A stretch of DNA of 64,000 nt from a virus, in IMG/VR virus record IMGVR_UViG_3300020203_000008, positions 32,001 to 96,000 of that record. One strand, given 5' to 3'. Positions 55,636-64,000 of the stretch are shown here, piece by piece. Below the pieces are notes generated by a model that was given only the letters and a program-made list of their open reading frames with translations, made no database searches and was not told where the DNA came from. The position numbers and the translations under genes are program-made. How positions within the stretch are numbered: position 1 is the stretch's first letter; every line of letters starts with the position of its first letter.

Positions 55636-57227
55636 TGGCATCTGCGTCGACCCGCCATATTGAAGTTCTCTTACCTACTATAGCCGGATTGGTTAATCCA
55701 ACTGTAGTAATAGCTACAAGCGCGGTTGGTTCTCCAGCGATTCAGACTAGTTCCACGGTTGTTGTCTCCACTGTTACTGCTGTTGCGGCGGTGGGGGTTG
55801 CTACAGTAGAGACTGGTACTCCAGCTACAGTTAATGCAACGGCGGTGAGTGCTGTTGCTGCGGTTGGAACGGTAACTATCACGACATCAGCCCTTGTGAC
55901 TGCCGTTGTGGTGTCTCGTTCTGTGGCGGTAGGTGTACCTACAATCTCCACTATTACTTCTTCTCCAGTAAATGTTGCTTGCGGGGTGTTCAGTAAATCC
56001 ACATCCGCTGCTCCAGTGTCGCAATCTGTTACGCTTGGGTTTCAGCCCAAAGCGGTATTTCTGTGGTCTGATAGTACGACCGTTGATGACACTCTAGCCA
56101 CTAATGGCATGTTCACGGTGGGTATTACATCCTCTGTTACAGACTCTATCGCCGTGTGTAATTATGCACCTAATGGGAGCAACTCGATCAACCGGCATAA
56201 GACACATGGAGATAGCAAGCTTATTGTTTTCAGGACAACAACAATTCTAGCAGAAGCCAGCCTGACATCTTTTAATGTAGATGGATTCACTATGTCGTGG
56301 ACCACCAATAATGCCACGGCATACCGGATTAACTATATAGCCTTTGGCGGCGATGACGTTACTGCCCAGATGGTGAAATGGTATCCCACCGACAATATCG
56401 AGCAGTTCTCTGTTACTGGGGTGGGCTTCCAGCCTGATGCACTTCTTAATGTCAACAGTTATGTCAACTTTGATGGAGGATCTCTTCCCCGCACTGTCAC
56501 GGGAATCAACTTCGGGATTGGGGCAGCTTCGCCTTCAGGGCAATTTACCACTTACATGGGGGAGACGACGGGCTTCGGGGGCAACGAGGTTTCTTATTCT
56601 AGGTTCATTGATGATGGTTTCGTAAGCTTCAATGGATTTTTGGGGGGAACAGAGAGTTGTAGAATTGCCCTTGTCTCAATGGATGTAGACGGATTTACGG
56701 TGAATGCTACGAAAGTGGGCACCGGAGCCATTGAATTATACGCATTAGCGTTAAAATTTGATTCTGGGTCTATAGAAGTAGGAAACTTCCAGAAATCCAC
56801 ATCCTCTGCTCCAGCTACACAGAATTTGTCTAGCGTGGTCATCTCTCCAGATTCTATGTTCTTTGTTGGGGATAAAGTTACGACGCCAGATACCGATGTA
56901 GCTAACGCTCATCTCTATGTGGGTTCAGGGGATGATGCTGCTCAAGTGAGTACTGCTTGGGGGGCCAGGAATGGGACGAATCCATCTGAAGTTAAGTCGA
57001 TCAGTGGGGGCACTAAAGCTATTACTGTTAATGATGGCACTAATATGGGTGTCGCTGATGCTAAAGCTTCGCTATCTCTAGCGTCAGCGATTCCGGTTCT
57101 CACTTGGGACCCCAACTCATCTAATGCCGTTAATATGGGTTATATGGCATTCCAGTTCGGCGTGGAGTCTGGTGGCGGTGGGGGATCTGGCAATGCTGTC
57201 TTGACTCCTGGCTTCATTCCACTCTGA
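55635..57227 (+). CDS. putative fibre protein: N-terminal T/V/A repeats plus repeated GFQP/DGFT modules
   Basis: N-terminal repeats like those of 10581..11684; LGFQPKA, GVGFQPDA, VDGFT. Confidence 0.7.
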   Translation: MASASTRHIEVLLPTIAGLVNPTVVIATSAVGSPAIQTSSTVVVSTVTAVAAVGVATVETGTPATVNATAVSAVAAVGTVTITTSALVTAVVVSRSVAVGVPTISTITSSPVNVACGVFSKSTSAAPVSQSVTLGFQPKAVFLWSDSTTVDDTLATNGMFTVGITSSVTDSIAVCNYAPNGSNSINRHKTHGDSKLIVFRTTTILAEASLTSFNVDGFTMSWTTNNATAYRINYIAFGGDDVTAQMVKWYPTDNIEQFSVTGVGFQPDALLNVNSYVNFDGGSLPRTVTGINFGIGAASPSGQFTTYMGETTGFGGNEVSYSRFIDDGFVSFNGFLGGTESCRIALVSMDVDGFTVNATKVGTGAIELYALALKFDSGSIEVGNFQKSTSSAPATQNLSSVVISPDSMFFVGDKVTTPDTDVANAHLYVGSGDDAAQVSTAWGARNGTNPSEVKSISGGTKAITVNDGTNMGVADAKASLSLASAIPVLTWDPNSSNAVNMGYMAFQFGVESGGGGGSGNAVLTPGFIPL

Positions 57228-57261
57228 TTTATGTCGATATGTTCGTGACCTAAGGAGTCAC

Positions 57262-57447
57262 ATGGGACAGATCCGTAAGCAGAGAAAAGTCGAGAAAAAG
57301 GTTGAGTCTGTAGCGGAACCGGTCGAAGCCAAGGACAGTACTGCCCTTAAAGCTGAAATGGATGCACTCCTAGATGAGATTGATTCAGTCCTAGAGGAAA
57401 ATGCAGCGGAGTTTGTTAAAGGCTACATTCAAAAAGGGGGGGAATGA
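57262..57447 (+). CDS. pup: prokaryotic ubiquitin-like protein Pup (C-terminal GGE)
   Basis: DALLDEIDSVLEENAAEFVKGYIQKGGE* aligns with the Pup hallmark DDLLDEIDDVLEENAEDFVRAYVQKGG(Q/E); TAAGGAG RBS. Confidence 0.93.
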   Translation: MGQIRKQRKVEKKVESVAEPVEAKDSTALKAEMDALLDEIDSVLEENAAEFVKGYIQKGGE

Positions 57448-57659
57448 ACGAAGAAGACGAGCTACTTCGCAAGCTGGACGAAGAAATGCAGGATCGCAAG
57501 GTCATCTCCCTCATCCTCCGAGAGGGGCAGCCGGTGGAGGTCGAAAATGGAGGGCTTCCAGCCGATACTGTATTAGCAACACTATTTAAGGCTCTACTTT
57601 TCCTGGTCTTGGATGATTATATGGATGAAGACGAAATCCTTTACGAGGAAGAAGACTAG
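57444..57659 (+). CDS. acidic hypothetical protein translationally coupled to Pup
   Basis: ATGA overlap with pup stop; 71 aa. Confidence 0.7.
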   Translation: MNEEDELLRKLDEEMQDRKVISLILREGQPVEVENGGLPADTVLATLFKALLFLVLDDYMDEDEILYEEED

Positions 57660-57673
57660 GGAAGAAGAGAGCG

Positions 57674-57862
57674 GTGAACAAAATCGCCATCCAGAGGGCT
57701 AATGGGATTACCAGAATTGGGATTCTCTGTGAAGGTCATACCTCCGATGCGATTGGAATTCTCGTTAAAGCGGGTAAGGAATACCGGATACGAGAGTACG
57801 ACGGGCCTCAAATCTGTGAAGCCTGTGGACAAACAGACTATCTCCATGTGGAGGAGGGTTAA
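57674..57862 (+). CDS. small Cys/His hypothetical protein
   Basis: CEGH...CEAC; coupled to holin. Confidence 0.55.
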   Translation: MNKIAIQRANGITRIGILCEGHTSDAIGILVKAGKEYRIREYDGPQICEACGQTDYLHVEEG

Positions 57863-58203
57863 TGAATTCGATTGTAAAGCTTGATGTTGGTTTCTTGGCC
57901 ATCGTTGCGGGTACGTTCATTCCGATCGTGGTCGCATTGGTAACCAAGTGGAAGACATCTTCAGGAGTCAAGGCTGTCGTTAATGGTTTACTAGCCGCTG
58001 TAGCCGGTGCTGTCGCTGTCGCTACCCAGGCTAATGGAGTCGTTAACGTCAGGAATACGGTAGGGGCTATTGCTCTAGCGTGGTTGACTTCTGTTGCCAC
58101 CTACTATGGCCTTTGGAAGCCAACTGGAATTGCTAATGCAGTTGGTGAGAAGACCCAGAACGTGGGTATTGGTTCGAATCAATCCGGTATTCCGGGGGCA
58201 TAA
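57862..58203 (+). CDS. holin (actinophage type)
   Basis: PIVVALVTK...KAVVNGLLA...SVATYYGLWKPTG; three hydrophobic segments. Confidence 0.75.
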   Translation: MNSIVKLDVGFLAIVAGTFIPIVVALVTKWKTSSGVKAVVNGLLAAVAGAVAVATQANGVVNVRNTVGAIALAWLTSVATYYGLWKPTGIANAVGEKTQNVGIGSNQSGIPGA

Positions 58204-58205
58204 TT

Positions 58206-58472
58206 GTGGACCGGCTAAAGTCGGGCACGGCAGGATGGGTCCTTCTCACCGCATTAGTGTTGAGTTGGGACTACGGAGTAGGTATGCGGGCGGGGGGAGA
58301 AACTCTCTCTTCCAGTTTTGCTAGAGCCACTCGCCATCCCCGTGCCCGATGGCCGGTTATATCTATGTGGGTTATCATAACGGCTCATTTGTTTGAACGG
58401 TTGCCAGAGATGGTTGATCCATTTCATCATATGGCAAAAGTAGTCAGCACGCGGGGGGCGGGGCGTGAGTGA
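58206..58472 (+). CDS. small membrane-associated protein
   Basis: GW..L...V..WD...GETLS...HP..RW....W....AHL....P...DP pattern seen in actinophage proteins. Confidence 0.65.
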   Translation: MDRLKSGTAGWVLLTALVLSWDYGVGMRAGGETLSSSFARATRHPRARWPVISMWVIITAHLFERLPEMVDPFHHMAKVVSTRGAGRE

Positions 58473-58678
58473 ACAAATTTCGAACACCCCGGAATATACA
58501 TTGGCCGAGGTTGACCAGGGATGGGATTATCTTCATCCTGGGCGTCCTCATGATCGGTTCGCAGACGGTTCACTCCCTCTCAGGGGAGTCGGCGGACGCA
58601 CAGATCGTGACGGGTGGGATCGCACTGATCCTCGCTCCAGGGATTCTGCACGCAGGCTCGAAGAAGCGGGACGAGTGA
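58469..58678 (+). CDS. 2-TM membrane protein
   Basis: RDGIIFILGVLMI...GGIALILAPG; GTGA coupling. Confidence 0.65.
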   Translation: MNKFRTPRNIHWPRLTRDGIIFILGVLMIGSQTVHSLSGESADAQIVTGGIALILAPGILHAGSKKRDE

Positions 58679-58803
58679 GGACCGAGGTGGGCGGTCCCGC
58701 TCTAGTCAAGGTCGTCAAGAGATTCCGTATCGAGATCATCTACGTCATTGTTGCGGGGACAATCGTTGCCTGCACTCCCCTGATCCAGCGGGTAGTCGGA
58801 TGA
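58675..58803 (+). CDS. 42-aa single-TM protein
   Basis: GTG at 58675 overlaps upstream stop; IEIIYVIVAGTIVA. Confidence 0.45.
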   Translation: MRTEVGGPALVKVVKRFRIEIIYVIVAGTIVACTPLIQRVVG

Positions 58804-59144
58804 GTCTGAGCCTGATCAAGAAGTTGACCCCTTACTTCTTTGTGGTGGTCGTCTCGATCGGCCTCATCGGTCAGATCCAGTTCAACGCCGACCGGAACGC
58901 GAGGGAGATACGAGATCGTATTCAATCAAAGTGCATCTCCATCCAGTCGAACTGGGACACGATTACCCGCATCCTCCTGACCGGACCCGACGACCCGCTT
59001 GTGATCCCGCCCGAGGTTGCGCCGGAAGTGCCCGAGTCGACGGTCGTGCTCATCGAGGAGATCCTCACCCAGGCAAACGACCGGGCCAACGCCCAGAAGC
59101 GCGAATCGCAGGAGAAGCTCGGACCACGACCGGGGTGCCCATGA
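58800..59144 (+). CDS. N-terminally anchored membrane protein with two Cys (lysis accessory?)
   Basis: Single TM, coiled segment, C-terminal PRPGCP. Confidence 0.65.
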   Translation: MSLSLIKKLTPYFFVVVVSIGLIGQIQFNADRNAREIRDRIQSKCISIQSNWDTITRILLTGPDDPLVIPPEVAPEVPESTVVLIEEILTQANDRANAQKRESQEKLGPRPGCP

Positions 59145-59324
59145 CCGTTCTCGAATTTATCTTAAACTCAAATTAACAAACCAGTGAGAGCAATTAGCGA
59201 AAATTTTCCTGGTGCCGTCAAGCAAATCAAGAAAATCTGAGCAGAAATCCTTGCAACGGTACGGCTAGAGGCGTAGAACCTCACTACCGCCTGAGGGCGG
59301 GATAACCGAACGTATTAGTCGGGA

Positions 59325-59597
59325 GTGTTCGTGGGGCAGCCTTCTACGCTTGATGCTAGGTCTTTGACGCTTGCAGACGCGATCAGATACCTGAGGGAGA
59401 AGCGGGGCTTCAGTGCCCGATCTCTCAGCCTTAAGGCTGGAGTGAGTCCCTCCTATGTTGGGAAGCTGGAATCAGGCGAGATTGAACCTTCTGTGAGAGT
59501 GTTCGCAAGAATCGCTTTGGTTCTCGGTATGTCCCAACCGGAGATCTTTTTCTGTGTCGTGCAGGAAGGGCTCCGCGACCTCCCGACTAATGCTTGA
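59325..59597 (+). CDS. XRE-family HTH transcriptional regulator
   Basis: IRYLREKRGFSARSLSLKAGVSPSYVGKLESGEIEPS. Confidence 0.88.
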   Translation: MFVGQPSTLDARSLTLADAIRYLREKRGFSARSLSLKAGVSPSYVGKLESGEIEPSVRVFARIALVLGMSQPEIFFCVVQEGLRDLPTNA

Positions 59598-59622
59598 TAC
59601 TGTCCCACCCTCATGTTATTGT
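59594..59622 (+). promoter_or_regulatory. SigA-like promoter for recombination/replication operon
   Basis: TTGATA-N17-TATTGT with TGn extension. Confidence 0.5.
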
Positions 59623-59645
59623 TCTAAGATATTAGGCCGGAGGGC

Positions 59646-60497
59646 ATGCAAGTGATGGATATGCTGGGGCGCATTAGTGCCTCAAAAATGAGTACCTTCA
59701 TGACCTGTCCTTTGCAGGCTAAATTCCAGTACCTGGACAAGCTTCCGAGGAAGCAGCATGCTTCGGCATCGTTCGGTACCTGTGTCCATCATGCTTTGGA
59801 TTTCTATAATAATACCGGGGACCTTAATAGGTCCGTAAACGAATTCCTCGATGTTTGGGAGAATCCCGAGAAACTAGGGGTGACTCCAGAGACCTGGCCT
59901 AAGGGTGGGACCTACGGCGGGATGCGTCAGCGTGGAATTGAGATGCTTCGTGGTTACCACGACGGTCTGAAGTGGGACACCAGAGAAGTCCTTGCCACTG
60001 AACACAAGTTTCTGGTCCCGCTGGGAGAGTTTGAAGTCACCGGATTCGTAGACCTCCTTGAGCTACGCAAGAATAAGCGTGGCAAGTCTGAGATCCGAGT
60101 CGTTGATTATAAAACGAATAAGAAGCAACCATTCCTGAATTCGTTGCATCTTAATATTCAGTTCACCACCTATGCTTATGCAGCCGAGCAACCTGAGTTT
60201 TGGTTAGGTAACGGTCCCGATTTTCCAGCCATGGAGAACGGGGCCTACTACTGGGAGATGTATAAGGACCTGCCGCGTCGTCCTATCTGGTATCAGCTAG
60301 AAACCCAGAAGGAGATGGACGCCGGGCTCCGAGACGACCAGGATTACATGCGTCTTTACCGGGTCTGCAAAGAGATGGCGAAGGCCGTGAAGTACGACGT
60401 GTTCATCCCTCAGATTAGTGGGGACTCCTGCGTGTTCTGTCCCTACACCGAGCCTTGTGGCATCCCGATTCCAGTTCCAGAGGAGGAAGATGAATAA
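59646..60497 (+). CDS. Cas4/RecB-like PD-(D/E)XK exonuclease
   Basis: SASK...TCP, GT.VH, GFVD, VVDYKT, QFTTY, C-terminal CVFCPYTEPC. Confidence 0.88.
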   Translation: MQVMDMLGRISASKMSTFMTCPLQAKFQYLDKLPRKQHASASFGTCVHHALDFYNNTGDLNRSVNEFLDVWENPEKLGVTPETWPKGGTYGGMRQRGIEMLRGYHDGLKWDTREVLATEHKFLVPLGEFEVTGFVDLLELRKNKRGKSEIRVVDYKTNKKQPFLNSLHLNIQFTTYAYAAEQPEFWLGNGPDFPAMENGAYYWEMYKDLPRRPIWYQLETQKEMDAGLRDDQDYMRLYRVCKEMAKAVKYDVFIPQISGDSCVFCPYTEPCGIPIPVPEEEDE

Positions 60498-60705
60498 TAA
60501 TCTGCCCAATTTCATGAGGACAGAGCATGCCCTTAATGAGAGGGGTACTCGTGCTGATGTGAAAATTGCTGTTTGCTCATCGTGTGGAACGTATGGGCTT
60601 GTTGACACGGAGAACATTAAATGTGCTTGTGAACATAATCATCCACTAGCTCAGCGAGACTACGGTTGTCGTCTCGGATACTGCAAAAGGAATGGTAGTA
60701 AATGA
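60490..60705 (+). CDS. small Cys-rich hypothetical protein
   Basis: ATG 60490 with GGAGG RBS in frame of ORF 60418..60705. Confidence 0.55.
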   Translation: MNNNLPNFMRTEHALNERGTRADVKIAVCSSCGTYGLVDTENIKCACEHNHPLAQRDYGCRLGYCKRNGSK

Positions 60706-61685
60706 CACTTAAGACGAAGTGGACCGGCTCCTCCGAGTACGGCCGATACATTAAGATGCTGCTTGTTGGTGATCCCGGTTCCGGGAAGACCCTTACTAGC
60801 TCTACCTTCCCCGGCGTTTACATCGCGTCGGCTGAAGGTGGTCTGATGTCGATTCACGAGAAGAACCTGCCTCATGCTGAGATCACTACGAGCGAGGATC
60901 TTTTCGAACTAAAGAACATCCTCACCAAGTCTTCTGATGTCCGTAAGTCTGAGCTTGGGGTGGATCCGCAGACTGTAGTGATCGACACCATCGATGAGGT
61001 CCAGGGAATTCTCATTCGTGAGCGGATTGAGTCCGAAAAGTTGAGTGCCATGCGGATCCAGGATTTCGGTTGGCTTAATGAGCAGATGCAAAGCATTATC
61101 CGTGGGTTCCGTAACCTTGACCTTAATGTGGTATTTACCTGTCACGTCAAGGAAACTCGCGATGATGAGCTGGGACGCATTGTATACAAGCCCGGTTTAC
61201 AAGGCGCGATCGGAGACAAGATTGCTGGCTTCGTAGACATCTCCGGCATCTTGCAAGGTAAGACACTTACGAAGATTGTGGGCAACGAGACCAAGCAAAT
61301 TATCCAGCGAACGTTCAAGACTTTCCCGGACCCGCAGTACCCTTGGTTGAAGGATAGAAGCGGCAAACTCCCCGGCGATTTCTCGATTAATTTCGTGGAT
61401 GACTATGCTAGGATGCACAAGCTAATCTACGGAGATTCACCGATTGTGGATAACCCCGCTCTGTCTCCGATAGAAGTGATTGGTGTGATTGGAGAGCCGG
61501 AGAAAGTGGAGCCGGAAGTAAAAGAACCTGAGCCCGAAGAGGTCGAACAGGCCACTGATGGCAAGTACGAATGCTATAACTGTGGTGCTAATTTCGATGA
61601 TGAAGACCAGGCTGAACTAAGCAAGATCAGACTTCGCAAGCTGGCATGTGCTACTTGCTACGCCGAACTTAAGAGGAAGAAGTAA
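60702..61685 (+). CDS. Sak4-like/AAA_24 ATPase recombinase
   Basis: GDPGSGKT, VVIDTI, VVFTCH, KDRSG; C-terminal Zn finger. Confidence 0.85.
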   Translation: MTLKTKWTGSSEYGRYIKMLLVGDPGSGKTLTSSTFPGVYIASAEGGLMSIHEKNLPHAEITTSEDLFELKNILTKSSDVRKSELGVDPQTVVIDTIDEVQGILIRERIESEKLSAMRIQDFGWLNEQMQSIIRGFRNLDLNVVFTCHVKETRDDELGRIVYKPGLQGAIGDKIAGFVDISGILQGKTLTKIVGNETKQIIQRTFKTFPDPQYPWLKDRSGKLPGDFSINFVDDYARMHKLIYGDSPIVDNPALSPIEVIGVIGEPEKVEPEVKEPEPEEVEQATDGKYECYNCGANFDDEDQAELSKIRLRKLACATCYAELKRKK

Positions 61686-61687
61686 AA

Positions 61688-62191
61688 ATGACAATTCCCG
61701 TTGATGATGGTTTTACTCTGGTTGAAACTGTTCCCCCTGAGGAGGGTGAGAAGAAGGAATTCGATATCATCCCAGACGACACCATTTTGGGTGCAGTCGT
61801 TGTTAAGTCTGAGAAGGCCGTTAAGCCCTACAAGGATGACGACGGTAATCCTATAATTAAGGTTGAGTTCTCATTCAAGGTTACGGACGAGGGCGAGTAC
61901 CGCAACCGTCGCGTCTGGGGCGAGACGCCAACTACCTTCACGACGCATCCGGATTGCAAGCTTCGGGCATGGGTCCAGGAAGCTTTGGCTGTTGCTGAGC
62001 TACCGAAGGATTTCACTTTCAACCTTGCCGACCTTAATGACCAGCCGGTACGTGTGGTTGTAGGTGTGCGTTCTTGGACAGATAAGAGCACCGGCAATTT
62101 GCAGGAACGCAACTACGTCAAGGACGTGATTCGCGATCGCGACCATGCTGAGGCTGTTGCGTCTGCTGTGCCCGAGGAAGAGCCCTTCTAA
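61688..62191 (+). CDS. single-stranded DNA-binding protein (DUF669-like)
   Basis: GEYRNRRVW, RNYVK, acidic tail ending EEEPF; follows Sak4-like gene. Confidence 0.75.
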   Translation: MTIPVDDGFTLVETVPPEEGEKKEFDIIPDDTILGAVVVKSEKAVKPYKDDDGNPIIKVEFSFKVTDEGEYRNRRVWGETPTTFTTHPDCKLRAWVQEALAVAELPKDFTFNLADLNDQPVRVVVGVRSWTDKSTGNLQERNYVKDVIRDRDHAEAVASAVPEEEPF

Positions 62192-62193
62192 TC

Positions 62194-62679
62194 ATGGGCA
62201 CGACAATTGAGCAGGTAATGGAGATAGCCTTAGAAGTGGCTACCCAGAGTCCTGATCCCTCAACGCAGAACGGTGCTGTCATCATCTCGGAAAAGCGGGG
62301 TGTGATGGTCCATGACTGCAACCGTTTCCCGGATGGTGTCCAATACTCAGATGAACGTTGGGAACGCCCAGCGAAATATGAGTATGTGGAACATGCGGAA
62401 CGCGGATCTGTGTTTAAGGCAGCCAGATTAGGTATTCCAACAAATAATGCAGTGATGGTTGCGGTATGGGCTGCCTGCTCAGACTGTGCCAGGGCTATTG
62501 TACAGTCGGGCATTAAGACACTTGTCCGGGGTCCTAACGGTGGGGCAGCCCATTGGGATGGTTCAATTTCCATTGGTGACACCATCCTATTGGAGGGCGG
62601 AGTCAACATCGTGGACTTGGATCTCTCGGATTTCAAAATCCCCACCCTGAGAAGGAATGGGGAGGTGTGGATCCCATGA
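62194..62679 (+). CDS. dCMP deaminase
   Basis: SPDPSTQNGAVI, HAER, ACSDCARAIVQSGI. Confidence 0.88.
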   Translation: MGTTIEQVMEIALEVATQSPDPSTQNGAVIISEKRGVMVHDCNRFPDGVQYSDERWERPAKYEYVEHAERGSVFKAARLGIPTNNAVMVAVWAACSDCARAIVQSGIKTLVRGPNGGAAHWDGSISIGDTILLEGGVNIVDLDLSDFKIPTLRRNGEVWIP

Positions 62680-62882
62680 TTCATGCAGTTCATCTTAATG
62701 ACGATCAGACAAATTACCTTCATGCCGATGACTTCTACTGCGAGTATGGACTGATTACTTTCGTCCGATATGAAACCGAACCTATCGATTTTCAGACAGT
62801 AGCCTCATGGCCAGTAGATCTAGTGGAATGGATAGCGGTAGACCCTGATGGCAGAGGACGTATTAGCCTATCTACACTCTAA
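62676..62882 (+). CDS. hypothetical protein
   Basis: ATG 62676 overlapping upstream stop. Confidence 0.55.
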   Translation: MIHAVHLNDDQTNYLHADDFYCEYGLITFVRYETEPIDFQTVASWPVDLVEWIAVDPDGRGRISLSTL

Positions 62883-64000
62883 AGGTGTCGAAACTAAGCA
62901 AGCTACTGGTCCTAATGTTCATACAGCTTGCTGGTATTGCGGCGAGAGCCCAGGTAAGCGAGGTCGTTTATATATCAATGTAGATCCTAATGCGGAACCT
63001 CCAGGTTTGTTCACCTGTTTTCTGTGTGGTCGTCGTGGGGGCCTGAATGCCATCAAAAAGCATTTCGGGGATCCCATTACCGACTCTAAGGTCGAACGGT
63101 TCTCAGAGGTCCACAGGGTCCGTCAGGCAGCGGCTGTTTATTACCACGCGAATCTCGCTGAGCACCCTGAGATAGTCCAATATTTACAGACTGATCGTGG
63201 TCTTACCGAAGAGACCATTAAGAAGCATCAATTAGGGTATGCAGACGGCGGACTACTTGAATTCCTGTTAGAGAAGAAGTACGACCTGGACGACATCAAG
63301 GGCACCGCGCTGGTTCAGGAACGTAACGGGAAACTTGTGGACTTCCTGGACGACGCCATCACGATTCCGTACATCGCGTCGGGGTCGGTGGTGAATATCC
63401 GTGGTCGAAAGATGTCCGGTGAGACCAAATACCTAACTCCACCGAAGTCAACGACCAGGCTGTTTAACACTGACGCGCTGTTCCAGGCAGACCAAATCGT
63501 CGTTACCGAAGGGGAGTTCGATGCCCTGCTTCTGGAGCAGATGGGGTACGCCGCGGTCGGTTGTCCGGGAGCGAATGTCTGGCAGGACTCGTTCACCCAG
63601 TACACGGCCTCCGCTAAGCGGGTTTACATAGTTTTTGACAACGACTCGTCAGGTCGAGCTGGGCTGGAAAAAATCCAGGAGCAGATCGGCCATCGGGCTA
63701 GGGGAACTACTGTTCCTCCGCTTCACGGTCCAGAGGACCACAACGACATTAGTGATTGGATCCTTCAGCAAGGCCACACGCAACAGGACTTTGAGAATCT
63801 GCTGGCCCGTACTTCAGGTGGGTTGCTGCTGACGGTAGATGATGCGATCCGTGAGTTCTCCGAGCTTCAGGGTCGAGAAGGAATCAAGTTTGGGCACGAG
63901 CTTCTTGATGTGATGATCAAGCCGGGGTTGCTGCCATCGCAGGTAATGGTGATTTTGGCGAAGACTGGCACGGGAAAAACTTTGCACCTTTTAAATACGT
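62848..64000 (+). CDS. DNA primase-helicase fusion (Zn finger + TOPRIM + DnaB-like), truncated by window end
   Basis: Manual translation from ATG 62848: CWYC...CFLC, VTEGEFDA, FDND, then AKTGTGKT Walker A at the window end. Confidence 0.88.
   Translation, partial: MAEDVLAYLHSKGVETKQATGPNVHTACWYCGESPGKRGRLYINVDPNAEPPGLFTCFLCGRRGGLNAIKKHFGDPITDSKVERFSEVHRVRQAAAVYYHANLAEHPEIVQYLQTDRGLTEETIKKHQLGYADGGLLEFLLEKKYDLDDIKGTALVQERNGKLVDFLDDAITIPYIASGSVVNIRGRKMSGETKYLTPPKSTTRLFNTDALFQADQIVVTEGEFDALLLEQMGYAAVGCPGANVWQDSFTQYTASAKRVYIVFDNDSSGRAGLEKIQEQIGHRARGTTVPPLHGPEDHNDISDWILQQGHTQQDFENLLARTSGGLLLTVDDAIREFSELQGREGIKFGHELLDVMIKPGLLPSQVMVILAKTGTGKTLHLLNT

Noticed and set aside
58465-58803. 112-aa ORF as one gene
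   Set aside because: Its first 70 codons overlap the better-supported 2-TM gene 58469..58678; only the part from GTG 58675 looks real
59646-60497. Cas4-like gene as a sign of a CRISPR-Cas system
   Set aside because: No repeat-spacer array or other cas genes in the window; its context (Sak4-like, SSB) is a standard phage recombination module
62886-62893. GTCGAAA as another late-promoter box
   Set aside because: It lies inside the primase coding frame that starts at 62848
1-64000. Prophage/temperate lifestyle
   Set aside because: No integrase, att site or host flank in the window; one XRE HTH is not enough, so lifestyle cannot be determined here

Overview
The whole window reads as part of the genome of a large, long-tailed dsDNA phage (siphovirus-like, roughly 50% GC) of Actinobacteria. 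The host call rests on a Pup homologue, an Rpf-type transglycosylase and an actinophage-type holin. From left to right it holds: (1) a tRNA array (three Ser, one Thr) interleaved with a C5 cytosine methyltransferase whose motif IX lies in a nested second reading frame; (2) a leftward block of small genes (HU, wHTH, Zn fingers); (3) a ~470 bp highly structured non-coding region; (4) a metallophosphoesterase, a holin-like gene, a peptidase endolysin and a block of Thr/Val/Ala-rich probable virion proteins; (5) an Rpf-like gene; (6) a ~12 kb glycan biosynthesis and modification locus (7 GT2-like domains, a GT11, 4 methyltransferase domains, a nucleotide-sugar dehydrogenase and a GDP-mannose-3,5-epimerase-like enzyme) running straight into the packaging genes; (7) a terminase with two inteins, one an atypical class 3 intein, then portal, protease, scaffold, capsid, tail, a -1 frameshifted chaperone, a 1813-aa tape measure and tail-tip genes; (8) a phage-encoded Pup ending in GGE, followed by a membrane-protein/holin cluster; and (9) recombination and replication genes ending in a truncated primase-helicase. 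No CRISPR array, rRNA or integrase is visible. All functional calls come from recognising motifs by eye, not from database searches.
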